64,000 bases of DNA from Minisyncoccota bacterium (GCA_028695415.1 JAQVIY010000001.1:46784-110783); one strand, 5' to 3'; positions 9,480 through 19,621 are shown, counted from the first letter of the stretch. Program-made: numbers and translations. The notes: a model not told the origin generated them from the sequence alone.

Positions 9480-10139
9480 ATGAAAGAGACCAAGAGCAAC
9501 TATTGCGAGTATTGCGGCGAGTTCCACGACTTCGTCCACGACCATACGTCGCTCGTGAAGGTGGGCGAGTCAGTGCCGGACTTCGAGTTTGAGGCCTACC
9601 ACAACGACAAGACAGTAACGATGAGTCTCTCGCGCCTGCGCGGTAAGTGGGTCGTACTTGTCTTTTATCCCGCCGACTTCACCTTCATCTGTCCGACTGA
9701 GCTCGAAGAGCTTGCGGCGCTGTACCCGAACTTTCAGAAGCTCGGTGCCGAGATAATCTCGATCTCGACCGACACGGTCTTCACGCATAAGGCGTGGCGC
9801 GACGTCTCGCCGAATATCAAGAAGATAGGATACCCGATGGCGGCCGACCCGTCGGGCAAGATGGCAGACGCGTTCGGTGTACTCATTGAAGGCAATGGGC
9901 CGGAGCTCACGCCAGACGAGGGGCTCGCGCTTCGCGGCACCTTTATCATCGACCCAACCGGCACACTCCGTTCAATGGAGATCAATGATAACTCTATAGG
10001 ACGCAAGGGAGCTGAGACGCTGCGCAAGCTCCAGGCGGCGCAATTTGTGGATACCCATAAAGGTGTGGTGTGCCCGGCCTCGTGGGAGCCGGGAGACGAT
10101 ACGCTCGAGCCAGGCATGGACCTCGTCGGGAAGCTGTAG
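9480..10139 (+). CDS. Peroxiredoxin (AhpC/TSA 2-Cys family) with short Cys/His-rich N-terminal extension
   Basis: FTFICPTE peroxidatic Cys motif; resolving Cys VCPA near C-terminus. Confidence 0.8.
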   Translation: MKETKSNYCEYCGEFHDFVHDHTSLVKVGESVPDFEFEAYHNDKTVTMSLSRLRGKWVVLVFYPADFTFICPTELEELAALYPNFQKLGAEIISISTDTVFTHKAWRDVSPNIKKIGYPMAADPSGKMADAFGVLIEGNGPELTPDEGLALRGTFIIDPTGTLRSMEINDNSIGRKGAETLRKLQAAQFVDTHKGVVCPASWEPGDDTLEPGMDLVGKL

Positions 10140-10386
10140 GCCCTGCTTCGCCAAGGCTACGCAGGGCTACTTCGCTGTGTGTGCACTTCGTAGCTCCATT
10201 TCTGAATGGAGCGAAGTAGTGCCGGGAGAGGCTTGGTCACGCTTTACTAATTCGCTTCGCTCATAAGTATGCGCGACCCCGCCTCGCGACGCTCGGGGAC
10301 TCGCGTATCGCTCCGGCTTTCAAGTCTCTCACGCACGGTGCGCAGGCACCGTGCTTCCCGGCACAGCTTTCGCTTCGCTCAATCTG

Positions 10387-10467
10387 TGCCGGGAGAGAGA
10401 CTTGAACTCTCATGTCTTTCGACGAGGGGTTTTGAATCCCTTGCGTATACCATTTCGCCATCCCGGC
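10387..10467 (-). tRNA. tRNA-Leu (anticodon CAA), type II with long variable arm
   Basis: Minus strand GCCGGGA TG GCG AAATGGTATA CGC A AGGGA TTCAAAA CCCCT CGTCGAAAGACAT GAGAG TTCAAGT CTCTC TCCCGGC A. Confidence 0.75.
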
Positions 10468-10500
10468 AGCGCCCTTCGAAGCTTTACGCGAAGTAGGGCA

Positions 10501-11523
10501 ATGAATTCTAGAGTACCATATGCTAAAATTGTTTTACATATGAATGATGACGCGGCGTATATCCCGACAAAATATGATTCGATCTTCTGGATTGATGTCG
10601 ATCGTATCATCCCGAATCCGTACCAGCCGCGCAAGGTCTTTACCGAAGAGGGGTTGAAGTCGCTCGCAGACAGCATCCGCCAGTACGGCGTGCTCCAGCC
10701 GCTCGTGGTCTCGCGCACCGAAGTCGAGAAGCCGGACGGCGGGCTCGAAAGCCTCTATGAGCTCGTCGCGGGTGAGCGGCGCTTGCGCGCGAGCAGGCTC
10801 GCGGGATTGAAACAAGTGCCGGTCGTTATCCGTCAGGGCGACAACAATCTCACCAAGCTCGAGCTCGCCATCATCGAGAACCTCCAGCGCGAAGACCTGA
10901 ACGCGGTTGACCGCGCGAAGGCGCTCCAGCGGCTCATCGATGAGTTCGGCATCTCACACGCCGAGACTGCCGCGAAGATAGGCAAGAGCCGCGAATATGT
11001 CTCGAACTCTATCCGCCTCCTCTCGCTCCCTGAATATATTCAGGAGGCCATTATCTCGAAAGAAATAAACGAGGGGCACGCCCGCCCCTTGCTCACGCTC
11101 AACAGCCGCCCCGAAGAGCGCGACACGCTCTTCAAGGAGATAACGCTCAAGAAGCTCTCCGTGCGCGCCGCCGAGCGCATCGCGCGCTCCATCGCGCAGG
11201 AGCGCGTGCGTTCGCGTCATCGCAAGTCGCCTGAAATGGTTGAGATAGAGAAATCGCTTACCGAAAGTCTCGGCACGCGCGTCATTATTGAGACGAATGC
11301 CGAGGGCGGCCGTCTCCTTATTGATTTCTTTTCTCCAGACGATCTTCAGCAGCTGGTTGACGCTCTCGCCGCAGAACAACAGGCAGTCGAGATGGCGCCA
11401 AAGGAGGAGGATGCGTATCCGCTATTTCCCAATACCACCCAAGTGTCCGATGATCCGATCGCGCCCGCGGCGCCCGAAGAGACCGAAGACGAGCTCTACT
11501 CGGTCTCCAATTTCAGCGTGTAG
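10501..11523 (+). CDS. parB: Chromosome partitioning protein ParB/Spo0J
   Basis: ParB N-domain GERRLRA with HTH. Start placed after tRNA-Leu; the track ORF start at 10351 overlaps the tRNA. Confidence 0.8.
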   Translation: MNSRVPYAKIVLHMNDDAAYIPTKYDSIFWIDVDRIIPNPYQPRKVFTEEGLKSLADSIRQYGVLQPLVVSRTEVEKPDGGLESLYELVAGERRLRASRLAGLKQVPVVIRQGDNNLTKLELAIIENLQREDLNAVDRAKALQRLIDEFGISHAETAAKIGKSREYVSNSIRLLSLPEYIQEAIISKEINEGHARPLLTLNSRPEERDTLFKEITLKKLSVRAAERIARSIAQERVRSRHRKSPEMVEIEKSLTESLGTRVIIETNAEGGRLLIDFFSPDDLQQLVDALAAEQQAVEMAPKEEDAYPLFPNTTQVSDDPIAPAAPEETEDELYSVSNFSV

Positions 11524-13132
11524 CTTTCTTCTTTGTCGCTCGATGTGCGCGCCGGACGCGCCCGGGCTTTGATGGTTCGGTCATGCCGAGCGCGCTGCGG
11601 ATATTTCGGCGCGCGAGCGAGGTGCGTACGAACTCAAGCCACTTCGCCGAAGGTTTGGCGGAGTCGCGACGTTGTATCTCCACGATGTCTCCGTTGCCGA
11701 GCTTGGTCTCGAAGGAGACCAGCTTGCCATTGACTTTGGCACCCTGAGCGTGATCGCCGAGATCGCTGTGTATCGCATAAGCGAAGTCTATCGGCGTTGA
11801 ATCTGCAGGGAGATCGATAACGTCGCCCTCCGGAGTAAAGACGAATACGCGGTGTGAGAAGAAATCCTCCTTGAGCCCTTCGACGAATTCTTCAGAACCC
11901 ATGATGTCAGTATGCGCCTCGGCGAGTTCGGCGAGCCAGGGGGGGACGACGTGGTTCGTATCACTCCCCTCGGTCTCTTTTTTCGATATCTTCATAAGCG
12001 AGGGAACGAGCGAGCGCACCCACGAGAACGAGAGCGATGAGAAACGGCTTTTTTGTTCGGCCTTCTCCAGTTTAGAGACATCCTTACCCAATTGCTTGTA
12101 GGTCATATGTGAGGCGATACCGAACTGCGCGCTCCGGTGCATCTCTTCGGTGCGAATCTGTATTTCGACAATACCTGCCTCGGGGGTGACGACGGTCGTG
12201 TGGAGCGACTGATAACCGTTCGGCTTCGGAAAGGCGATGTAATCTTTGAACTCGCCCGGCAACGGGCGATAGAGCGCGTGTACGATACCGAGCGTCGTAT
12301 AGCAGTCCTCAACCGACGGCACGACGAACCGCAGTGCAGCGATATCGTGAATGAGGTTGATGTCGTCATTTTTCCGCTTCAGTTTCTGATGCAGACTCCA
12401 GAGCCCTTTCATGCGGATATCAGAGCTGAATTTTGACAACCCTTTCTTCGCGAGCTCTTTCTTGATCTCTTTTTGCACCTTCAAGAGCCCGTCTTCGGTC
12501 TCGCGCGTTTTCAATTTGCGTACCTCGGCAGCATGCGTCGCGGCGTCAGGGTCGACGAAAGGGAAGGCAAGATCTTCGAGGGTACTCTTCATCTTACCCA
12601 TGCCGAGACGATCGGCGATCGGAGCATAGATTTCTAGAGTCTCGAGCGCGATGCGCCGGCGCTTGTGCTCAGGCACGTGTTCCAAGGTTTGCATATTATG
12701 CTTGCGGTCGGCGAGCTTCACGATGAGCACGCGGATATCGCTCGCCGTCGCGACGAGGAGCCGGCGGAGCGACTCGGCATGACGCTCTGCGCCGCGATAC
12801 TTATGCGTACCGAGCTTCGTCACGCCGTCGATGATGAAAAGAAGTTCTTTCCCGAATTCTTTTTCTATTTCTTCGCGTGATGCCTTGCCGTCTTCAACGA
12901 CATCGTGCAGGAGTCCGGCGGCGATGGTGGTAGCGTCCATTCCGTATTCGGCAAGCGTCTTTGCGGTCGCGGCGGGGTGGACGAAGTAGGGTTCGCCCGA
13001 GAAACGAGATTGACCCTCGTGCGCCTTCTTAGAGAGTTCATAGGCTTTCTCAACGAAGGCGATATCGGTAGGCGAGGCACCCCGCATCAGAGCCGTAATC
13101 TCCTTGAGCGTCGTCATCGTCATTGCCGACAC
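11513..13132 (-). CDS. rel: Bifunctional (p)ppGpp synthetase/hydrolase (RelA/SpoT family)
   Basis: HD domain HDVVED; RelA_SpoT synthetase region; TGS-like C-terminus. Confidence 0.85.
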   Translation of the reverse strand: MSAMTMTTLKEITALMRGASPTDIAFVEKAYELSKKAHEGQSRFSGEPYFVHPAATAKTLAEYGMDATTIAAGLLHDVVEDGKASREEIEKEFGKELLFIIDGVTKLGTHKYRGAERHAESLRRLLVATASDIRVLIVKLADRKHNMQTLEHVPEHKRRRIALETLEIYAPIADRLGMGKMKSTLEDLAFPFVDPDAATHAAEVRKLKTRETEDGLLKVQKEIKKELAKKGLSKFSSDIRMKGLWSLHQKLKRKNDDINLIHDIAALRFVVPSVEDCYTTLGIVHALYRPLPGEFKDYIAFPKPNGYQSLHTTVVTPEAGIVEIQIRTEEMHRSAQFGIASHMTYKQLGKDVSKLEKAEQKSRFSSLSFSWVRSLVPSLMKISKKETEGSDTNHVVPPWLAELAEAHTDIMGSEEFVEGLKEDFFSHRVFVFTPEGDVIDLPADSTPIDFAYAIHSDLGDHAQGAKVNGKLVSFETKLGNGDIVEIQRRDSAKPSAKWLEFVRTSLARRNIRSALGMTEPSKPGRVRRAHRATKKKATR

Positions 13133-13147
13133 TATACACCGGCAAAT

Positions 13148-15544
13148 CTATTTCAGGTATTCAGCAGCTTCAGCGGGAGAGAGGGTGTCAGGTTTGATGG
13201 TGTCGGGGAGATAGATACGGCGAAGACCCTTCTTCAAGAAGAGACCTTGCTTTGATTTATAGAGTGTCATCGTCTTACCCGTCTTGGGGTGTTTGCCGAT
13301 TTCGCGCACGATCTCGACGCCTTTGGGCGGCTGCTTGGGAGTGGCGAGAAGTGCGAGCGCTGTATCGAGCGTGACGGTGTAGGGGTCGCCGATGGCGGGC
13401 TTCAGCGAGCGGAACTCGCCGTCCGAGCCGACATAGGGGCCGAACTTGCCGGTCGAGGCGAATACCGGCTTACCGGTAGAAGGATGCATCCCGAGCTCGC
13501 GCGGAAGCGAGAGATACTTGAGCGCGTCAGCGAGCGTGACCTGTGCGAGGTCGGTACCGGCGGGGATGCTCGCGCGCCGCGCGGCGGTCTTCGGTCGGCC
13601 TTTTTTACCCTTCGTAGCCTTTGGCGAAGAGGGGGCCGGTTCTTCACTCTCGGGTAGCGCCATCTCCACATACGGTCCGAATCTGCCGGTCTTTATATAA
13701 ATAGGCGCGCCTGTTTTCGGATCATGTCCGATAGGTTCGTCGCCCTTGAGCTCGTGACCCTCTTCGGTGCGCGCGCCGAGACAGTCGGGGTATTTCTTGC
13801 AACTCATAAATACACCGCCGCGGCCGAGCTTCATTTCCATAGCGCTGCCGCAGAGCGGGCAGGGGAACTCTTTCGGTGCATCGCCAAGCGCGGTTGCCTT
13901 TGGCAATTTGTCTTTTGTTTGTATCGCCTTCTCAAACGGTCCGTAAAAGGCAGATAGGGTCTCGGTATAGCCGCGCTCGCCGCGCGCTATCTCGTCGAGC
14001 TCATTCTCCATCTCAGCGGTAAATGTGTCGCTCACGTATTCGGGGAAATTTTCTTCGAGCCAGCCCGAGACGACCATACCAGTCGCGGTCGGCTTCAAGG
14101 CGCGAGCGAGCTTCTCGACGTAGCCGCGATCTTGGATTGTCTTCATTATCGACGCGTAGGTAGAGGGGCGACCGATGCCTCGTTTCTCTAGTTCTTTTAT
14201 CAATCCGGCTTCGGTGTAGCGGTTGGGCGGCTCGGTCTGCTTTTCTTCGCTGCCTATCGAGAGAAGCGCGAGCGGGTCGCCCTCGGCGAGATGCGGGAGC
14301 TCTACATCTTCGCCGCGCGCTTTCGTATCGAGCGCGAGCCAACCGGGGAAGAGGACGCGCGATCCGTTCGCGGTAAAGAGAGGTATCTCGGCGTCCGCTT
14401 GCGCAGAGATGGTAACGCGCAACACCTGCGCGCTTGACATCATTGAGGCGAGAGCGCGGGTGCGGATAAGCGCGTAGAGCGCGGTCTCGTCGGGCGTTGC
14501 GCCCGCATGCGCGTGCGACGCGTCGGTGGGGCGGATAGCCTCGTGCGCCTCCTGAGCGTTCTTGCTCGAAGTCTTATACGCGCGCACCCGCAGATACTCT
14601 TTCCCGAATTCTTTTTCAACGACGCTCGCCATCTTCGCGACAGCTTCTTTCGCGAGATTCACCGAGTCGGTGCGCATATAGGTGATGTGCCCTGCCTCAT
14701 AGAGCTTCTGTGCGGCACGCATCGTGCGCGAGGGCGCGAAGCCGAGGCGTGTCGACGCCGCCTGTTGGAGCGTGGAGGTAGTGAAGGGCGGGCGCGGATT
14801 GCGCTCTTCTGATTTCTCACTCACCTCCGCGACTTTCCACGAAGCGCTCCTGCCGGCGTTCACTATCCGATCTGCTTCTTCGTGCGTGCTTGGTTTCTCG
14901 ACGCAGGTGGTATTCAAAGTAATCGAACCTTTTGATTTAGTTTTGAAATCGGCATTCAAGACGAAATAGGTCTCGGGTACGAATGCCTTTATCTCTCGTT
15001 CGCGTTCGGCGAGAATACGGAGCGCGGGCGACTGTACGCGACCGGCCGAGAGTCCATAGCGCACCTTCTTCCATATGAGCCCCGAGAGGTCGTACCCCAC
15101 GATGCGATCGAGCACGCGCCGCGCTTCTTGCGCGCGTCGCAAATGCTCATCAATAGCGCGCGGGTGCGCGAGTGCCTCTTCGATGGCTGCCTTGGTGATC
15201 TCGTGGAAGACGACCCGCTGCGGCTTCTTCAACCCTGCGACCTCCTTGATATGCCAAGCGATTGCCTCGCCCTCGCGGTCGGGGTCGGTTGCGAGATATA
15301 TCTCGTCGGCCTTGGCGGCGGCGCGCTCTATCTTCTCAATCACTTCGCGTTTCTCGGCGGGCACCACATAACGCGGCACGAAGCCGCCTTCGATGTCGAC
15401 GGCGTCTTTATTGCTCTTTGGCAAGTCGCGTATATGACCGACCGAAGCAAGGACGGTGTAGTCCTTGCCTAAGTAGTTGCCGATAGTGCGCGCCTTGGTC
15501 GGCGACTCGACGATAAGTAATCGGGTACCCATTCGTTCACTCAT
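13148..15544 (-). CDS. topA: DNA topoisomerase I
   Basis: TOPRIM N-terminus LLIVESPTKARTI; C-terminal zinc ribbons. Confidence 0.9.
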   Translation of the reverse strand: MSERMGTRLLIVESPTKARTIGNYLGKDYTVLASVGHIRDLPKSNKDAVDIEGGFVPRYVVPAEKREVIEKIERAAAKADEIYLATDPDREGEAIAWHIKEVAGLKKPQRVVFHEITKAAIEEALAHPRAIDEHLRRAQEARRVLDRIVGYDLSGLIWKKVRYGLSAGRVQSPALRILAEREREIKAFVPETYFVLNADFKTKSKGSITLNTTCVEKPSTHEEADRIVNAGRSASWKVAEVSEKSEERNPRPPFTTSTLQQAASTRLGFAPSRTMRAAQKLYEAGHITYMRTDSVNLAKEAVAKMASVVEKEFGKEYLRVRAYKTSSKNAQEAHEAIRPTDASHAHAGATPDETALYALIRTRALASMMSSAQVLRVTISAQADAEIPLFTANGSRVLFPGWLALDTKARGEDVELPHLAEGDPLALLSIGSEEKQTEPPNRYTEAGLIKELEKRGIGRPSTYASIMKTIQDRGYVEKLARALKPTATGMVVSGWLEENFPEYVSDTFTAEMENELDEIARGERGYTETLSAFYGPFEKAIQTKDKLPKATALGDAPKEFPCPLCGSAMEMKLGRGGVFMSCKKYPDCLGARTEEGHELKGDEPIGHDPKTGAPIYIKTGRFGPYVEMALPESEEPAPSSPKATKGKKGRPKTAARRASIPAGTDLAQVTLADALKYLSLPRELGMHPSTGKPVFASTGKFGPYVGSDGEFRSLKPAIGDPYTVTLDTALALLATPKQPPKGVEIVREIGKHPKTGKTMTLYKSKQGLFLKKGLRRIYLPDTIKPDTLSPAEAAEYLK

Positions 15545-15601
15545 AACGCGTATACCTATATATGGTCAAGTCCGGTATCTGCGCCAAGTCAGACGCTGCT
15601 A

Positions 15602-15630
15602 TTGACATATGCAATATTATTGTTTATAGT
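15602..15630 (+). promoter_or_regulatory. Sigma70-like promoter (TTGACA - 17 nt - TATAGT) for the 15677 gene
   Basis: Consensus -35 and near-consensus -10 with 17-nt spacer; AGGAGG RBS at 15667. Confidence 0.5.
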
Positions 15631-15676
15631 CGTACATAGTAAGGCAGTTCCCTGAAACCAGTTCCTAGGAGGAAAC

Positions 15677-16366
15677 ATGAAAAAGATTGTAGTTTTGATG
15701 GCGCTTCTGTGTGCCATAGCATCGGCCGCGTTTGCGGCTGATACGGTTCCGGTAATGAAGGGACAATTCGGCTTATTCGTAGCGGAAGAGGCCTCGGTTG
15801 CTACCGGATTCAGTGTCGAGAAGGCACTGGCCTCAGTTCTGACGAGCGCACAGCTTGATCGGTTCGTCCTCTATGGCGAGAAGGTCCTCCCGCTCGACAA
15901 AACGACGACGTTCATCGGCTGGGATTCCTCGTATACGCACCGCGTGTACGAAGACAAGGCGACGTGGTATGCGGTGCTTGATGGTGCGGTCATCCGCTCT
16001 GTCGAGGAGACGACAACGGAGACGAGGGTGGAGTTCAACCACTTCTTTATCGCGGCCGCGCTGTATGTGGTCGTGTTATGGGCGATGTATTGGTTGCCGC
16101 GCGGGCGCAAGGATACCGCACTCTTCCTCGTTGGCCTCGCCACCGTCGCCGCTGGCGTTGCCGCTGGCGTTGCCGCCTCCGTCATCACCGCCGCCGCCGT
16201 CGCCGTCGCCACCACCACCGCCGCCGTCGCCATCATCGCCGTCGCCACCACCACCGTCGTCGTCGCCGCTGTCGTCGCCGCCGTCGATTGGGCGCGTGTT
16301 CGTAGCGCCGCGATTGCCGGAACAGTGGCAATGGCGGTCGAGGCACTCGTCATGTTCTACAACTGA
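15677..16366 (+). CDS. Secreted/membrane low-complexity protein; Ala/Val/Thr-rich tail encoded by GCC/GTC trinucleotide repeats
   Basis: Signal peptide MKKIVVLMALLCAIASAAFA; simple repeats 16140..16300. Confidence 0.5.
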   Translation: MKKIVVLMALLCAIASAAFAADTVPVMKGQFGLFVAEEASVATGFSVEKALASVLTSAQLDRFVLYGEKVLPLDKTTTFIGWDSSYTHRVYEDKATWYAVLDGAVIRSVEETTTETRVEFNHFFIAAALYVVVLWAMYWLPRGRKDTALFLVGLATVAAGVAAGVAASVITAAAVAVATTTAAVAIIAVATTTVVVAAVVAAVDWARVRSAAIAGTVAMAVEALVMFYN

Positions 16367-16390
16367 GCCACCCAATAAGGCTCAATAACG

Positions 16391-16418
16391 CCCGCAGCGC
16401 AAGCTGCGGGGTTTTTTT
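16391..16418. terminator. Rho-independent terminator shared by convergent genes
   Basis: cccgcagcgcaagctgcggg followed by a T run. Confidence 0.6.
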
Positions 16419-16429
16419 ATGCGTCAGAC

Positions 16430-17215
16430 TCATGAGATCTCGACGCGGATCGGATGGTGGTCGGAGCCGACGCGATCGGGGAGAACCCCCGCTTTTTTAA
16501 TGAAGAAAGAATGCGATACGAGAATATGATCGAGCTGGGACTGCGAGAGCGGATGCGTGATGCCGCCGTAGAGCGGATTCACCAACTCGTATTCGACAAA
16601 ACGTTTTTCAATAGCGGTGCGTTCGCGGCGATAAAGCAGTGCGTCGCGGAGCGTACCACCGAAGAGCCAATTTAGGGGCGTGATGTGCGGTTTCTCGAGA
16701 ATGTTGAAGTCGCCGCAGACTATTGCCGGTCGCCCCGAAGGGCCCCTTTCGGGGCGTTCTATCATCGCGCGTTCGAACTCTCGCAAGCGCCATGCGGGCT
16801 GGGTGCGGGTGAGGTGGAGGTTGAATACGCGTACCGTGCTTTGAGTATCGGGGAGACAAATATCGGCATAGAGCCCGCCGCGATTGCGCGCCTCAGAGAA
16901 ATGAAAAGGGAACATAAGGCGATTGAAGATTCGCCCGCGGAACGAGAGCGCGTTATCTGGAAAAGGTATCGCGCCCTGCCGCTCGATCGGATAGCGAGAA
17001 AGTATGACGAGATAATCTCGCACGACGCCGCTCCTAAATACGCGGTCGAGGCTTGTGCCTGAGGTAAGGTGATACGGGAGTGTCTGAAGCCGCGCGAGAA
17101 AAGCCTCGGGCACTTCTTGGAGACAGAAGATATCGAAATCAGCACGCGAAATAAATTCGAACGCCCGATCAAGCTCACGATTGCGGAAAAGAAGATTCCA
17201 CGAGTAAATCGTCAT
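16430..17215 (-). CDS. Endonuclease/exonuclease/phosphatase (EEP) family protein
   Basis: CGDFNILE and SDHHPIRVEI motifs. Confidence 0.75.
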   Translation of the reverse strand: MTIYSWNLLFRNRELDRAFEFISRADFDIFCLQEVPEAFLARLQTLPYHLTSGTSLDRVFRSGVVRDYLVILSRYPIERQGAIPFPDNALSFRGRIFNRLMFPFHFSEARNRGGLYADICLPDTQSTVRVFNLHLTRTQPAWRLREFERAMIERPERGPSGRPAIVCGDFNILEKPHITPLNWLFGGTLRDALLYRRERTAIEKRFVEYELVNPLYGGITHPLSQSQLDHILVSHSFFIKKAGVLPDRVGSDHHPIRVEIS

Positions 17216-18070
17216 ACTCTATGCCACGCCCCAAACTCTTCTTTTGCGAGGCCGCGCAGCTCGAGGGCGACGAGTGCGGTGAGTGCCTCGCCTGCGGGTA
17301 TACCTGCCGCGCGGAGTATCTCGTCGCGCGTTTTCGGCTCGTCAAGCATACCCCAGATAACGCGCTCGGCGTCCTCGAGGTCGCTCGGCGCCACGTCGCT
17401 TACCGCGCCTTCGCGTGGCGGTATCCCGAGCGCCTCGAGGATATGCAAGGGCTCGGTGACGAGCGCTGCGCCGAGGCGGATGAAGAGGTGCGGGCCAAAC
17501 GCGTGCGGGTCGCCGATACGGTGCGGGATACAGAGCAGGTCGCGATTATATTCGGAAGCGAGCCGCGCGGTGATAAGCGTACCCGACTTATTCCCGGCTT
17601 CGATAACAAGCACCGCATCAGCGAGCCCGACCATAAGGCGATTGCGCGCGGGGAAGTAGTGCGCGCGCGAGGCTTCGTCCGGCGGATATTCAGAAAGCAT
17701 TCCGCCACCCTTCTCTAGTATCTCTTTCGCGAAGCCGCGATTACTCCGTGGGTAGAGGACATCGTCGCCGAGACCTGATCCCGGAAGAACGAGCGTGTGG
17801 AGTCCGGCGGCGAGCGCCGCTTTATGCGCGCAGGTATCAACGCCGAGCGCGAGACCGCTCACTATCGAAATAGGGTAGCCGGCGAGTCCGGCGATAAGCT
17901 TTTCGCACGCCTCCTGTCCGTAGCGCGTCATCGCGCGGCTACCGACGACCGTAAGGAGCTTATGTCCCTTGGGCGGGAGCGCGCCGCGCAACCAGAGCTG
18001 TTTTGGTTGTTGCGGTATCTCACGAAGTTGTGCAGGCCACTCTTCTCGCTCGAGTTCGCGGATTTCCATG
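17212..18070 (-). CDS. dprA: DNA processing protein DprA (Smf)
   Basis: Rossmann core VVGSRAMTRYG...IVSGLALGVD...FPARNRLMVGL...GSLITARLA. Start at internal ATG 18070 (MEIRELE). Confidence 0.8.
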
Positions 18071-18119
18071 GTTTGTAGTATAACGTGCTTTAGTAACTGA
18101 TCCCTGAAAGGAGGATGGT

Positions 18120-18638
18120 ATGAAAGAGGGCGATCCGTTCTTATTGAAGATCGACCGAACTCGGTCATTTGATCCTGTGCGGTTTTACGGAAAGGGGTGG
18201 ACGATTTGGCGCCACTCACCTTTTGGTCATGATGGTCTCAAAGGTGATGAAGACGAAGAAAAGAGCTCACTCGTTCTTAAGGGAATAAACTTCGTACAAA
18301 TCAGCTTCGAGACGTGTCTCAAGAAAGGGGAGACGGTCATCACTGGCGACGAGAAGATTATCAGGCACGCTCGAGCCGGACACACACAATTCGACGCGCG
18401 CATCGCAGAATGTCTTCTCGACGAAGAGGGGTGGGTGACACTTGAAGCAGTGTATGCAGGGTGGGGTATGGACAGCTTCGAATTCACCGGTACGAGGTTG
18501 CGAAGCTTGGCTGGCCGCCGGGCAGTCGTATGTCTCAATCGCGATATCGATCCTTGTGGCCGTGTACGTTGGAGGCCAACCTACGAATGGATCAGTCTCG
18601 TCGTCTACGGTCGGCACCCATCGATCATCCTAGCCTAG
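18120..18638 (+). CDS. Hypothetical protein
   Basis: 172-aa ORF with RBS ggaggatggtATG; terminator hairpin 18655..18693 downstream. Confidence 0.45.
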   Translation: MKEGDPFLLKIDRTRSFDPVRFYGKGWTIWRHSPFGHDGLKGDEDEEKSSLVLKGINFVQISFETCLKKGETVITGDEKIIRHARAGHTQFDARIAECLLDEEGWVTLEAVYAGWGMDSFEFTGTRLRSLAGRRAVVCLNRDIDPCGRVRWRPTYEWISLVVYGRHPSIILA

Positions 18639-18654
18639 CTCTGCGTCGTTGATA

Positions 18655-18693
18655 CCCGCGAAATGCCCGTGCGTTTCGCGGGGTTTCGTTTTT
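18655..18693 (+). terminator. Rho-independent terminator
   Basis: cccgcgaaa/tttcgcggg stem plus T run. Confidence 0.55.
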
Positions 18694-18853
18694 CATCGCG
18701 TATGAACTATCCAAAACTTGTCTCTATAGGTGCAACTCGTGGATACCAAAACAGGGAGCGCGATTTGACTTTGTAACTATGATTGTGTAATGTAACTGCG
18801 GACTTGAGACTCGCACATGGGGTGCGAGCAGAAGGTTCTCTGAGGAGGTTGAC

Positions 18854-19540
18854 ATGGCAAAGAATGCATTTGACCCGGCTGTGCGCGTCGCGGCCAGTAT
18901 CGGCAATGCTACCCGGGTGCTCGCCGATCGGGTAAGAGCACTCGGTGGCGACTACACCGAAGCGATGGTGCAGATTGGCACTGGCGAACGGCGTTATGAA
19001 AGCGACGTCCAAGCGCTCGCGGCAATTTACGCGCGCATTTCTGTCGGACTTGTCATACCCGAAGGCGGCCGCGTCTTCATCATTCGCGATGTCGTGGTGG
19101 ATGAGTCGGCCGCGTGGGATGAGGCTATCAAGGTCGGCTTCCCGAATACGCCTGACAGTTACAACGTCTGGGAGATCGGCGAACACTATCCGCCGATACC
19201 GGATGCGAAGCCGAGAAAGCGGGATCTCATCCTCCTGAATTTTGGAGGGGTTATCTCTGATATCGCTCTGGCGCTTGCATGGGGGAAGCGGAACAACTTG
19301 CCGCCGGCGAGCCCGCGCGAGGTATTTGCGCTTGGCTCGCACGCACCAGAACTGAACAAGCGGCTCGACCAGAACGAAATGCGCGTCGTCTCGCCAATCG
19401 AGTGTACGTTCTTCGGCCTTCGGTATGTGCCGGACGGTTGGTGGAGTGGCGCCGCGCGCGAGGCCGATCTCGTTTGGGTCGACGGCGGGTTCGATGATCA
19501 CCTTTGGTTTGGCTTTTCTCGCGAGTCCTTGAGGTCTTAG
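18854..19540 (+). CDS. Hypothetical protein
   Basis: 228-aa ORF with RBS gaggagg; putative promoter TTGACT-17-TAATGT at 18765..18793. Confidence 0.5.
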   Translation: MAKNAFDPAVRVAASIGNATRVLADRVRALGGDYTEAMVQIGTGERRYESDVQALAAIYARISVGLVIPEGGRVFIIRDVVVDESAAWDEAIKVGFPNTPDSYNVWEIGEHYPPIPDAKPRKRDLILLNFGGVISDIALALAWGKRNNLPPASPREVFALGSHAPELNKRLDQNEMRVVSPIECTFFGLRYVPDGWWSGAAREADLVWVDGGFDDHLWFGFSRESLRS

Positions 19541-19556
19541 ACTCTTCAGTGTTGGC

Positions 19557-19592
19557 GGTGCCGCATCCTTCGGGATGCGGCGTTTTGTTTTG
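19557..19592 (+). terminator. Rho-independent terminator
   Basis: ccgcatcc ttcg ggatgcgg followed by tttt(g)tttt. Confidence 0.6.
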
Positions 19593-19621
19593 TGATGGGG
19601 GAGGGTTATACTGTCGGGAAC

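Noticed and set aside
10351-10500. N-terminal 50 codons of the ParB ORF as given in the track
   Set aside because: This stretch overlaps the antisense tRNA-Leu. The ParB homology begins after Met 10501.
15855-16388. ORFs 15855..16388 (+), 15871..16353 (-), 16076..16375 (-), 16078..16305 (+)
   Set aside because: These are alternative frames across the GCC/GTC repeat tract, low-complexity artefacts. The frame with signal peptide and RBS (15677..16366) is preferred.
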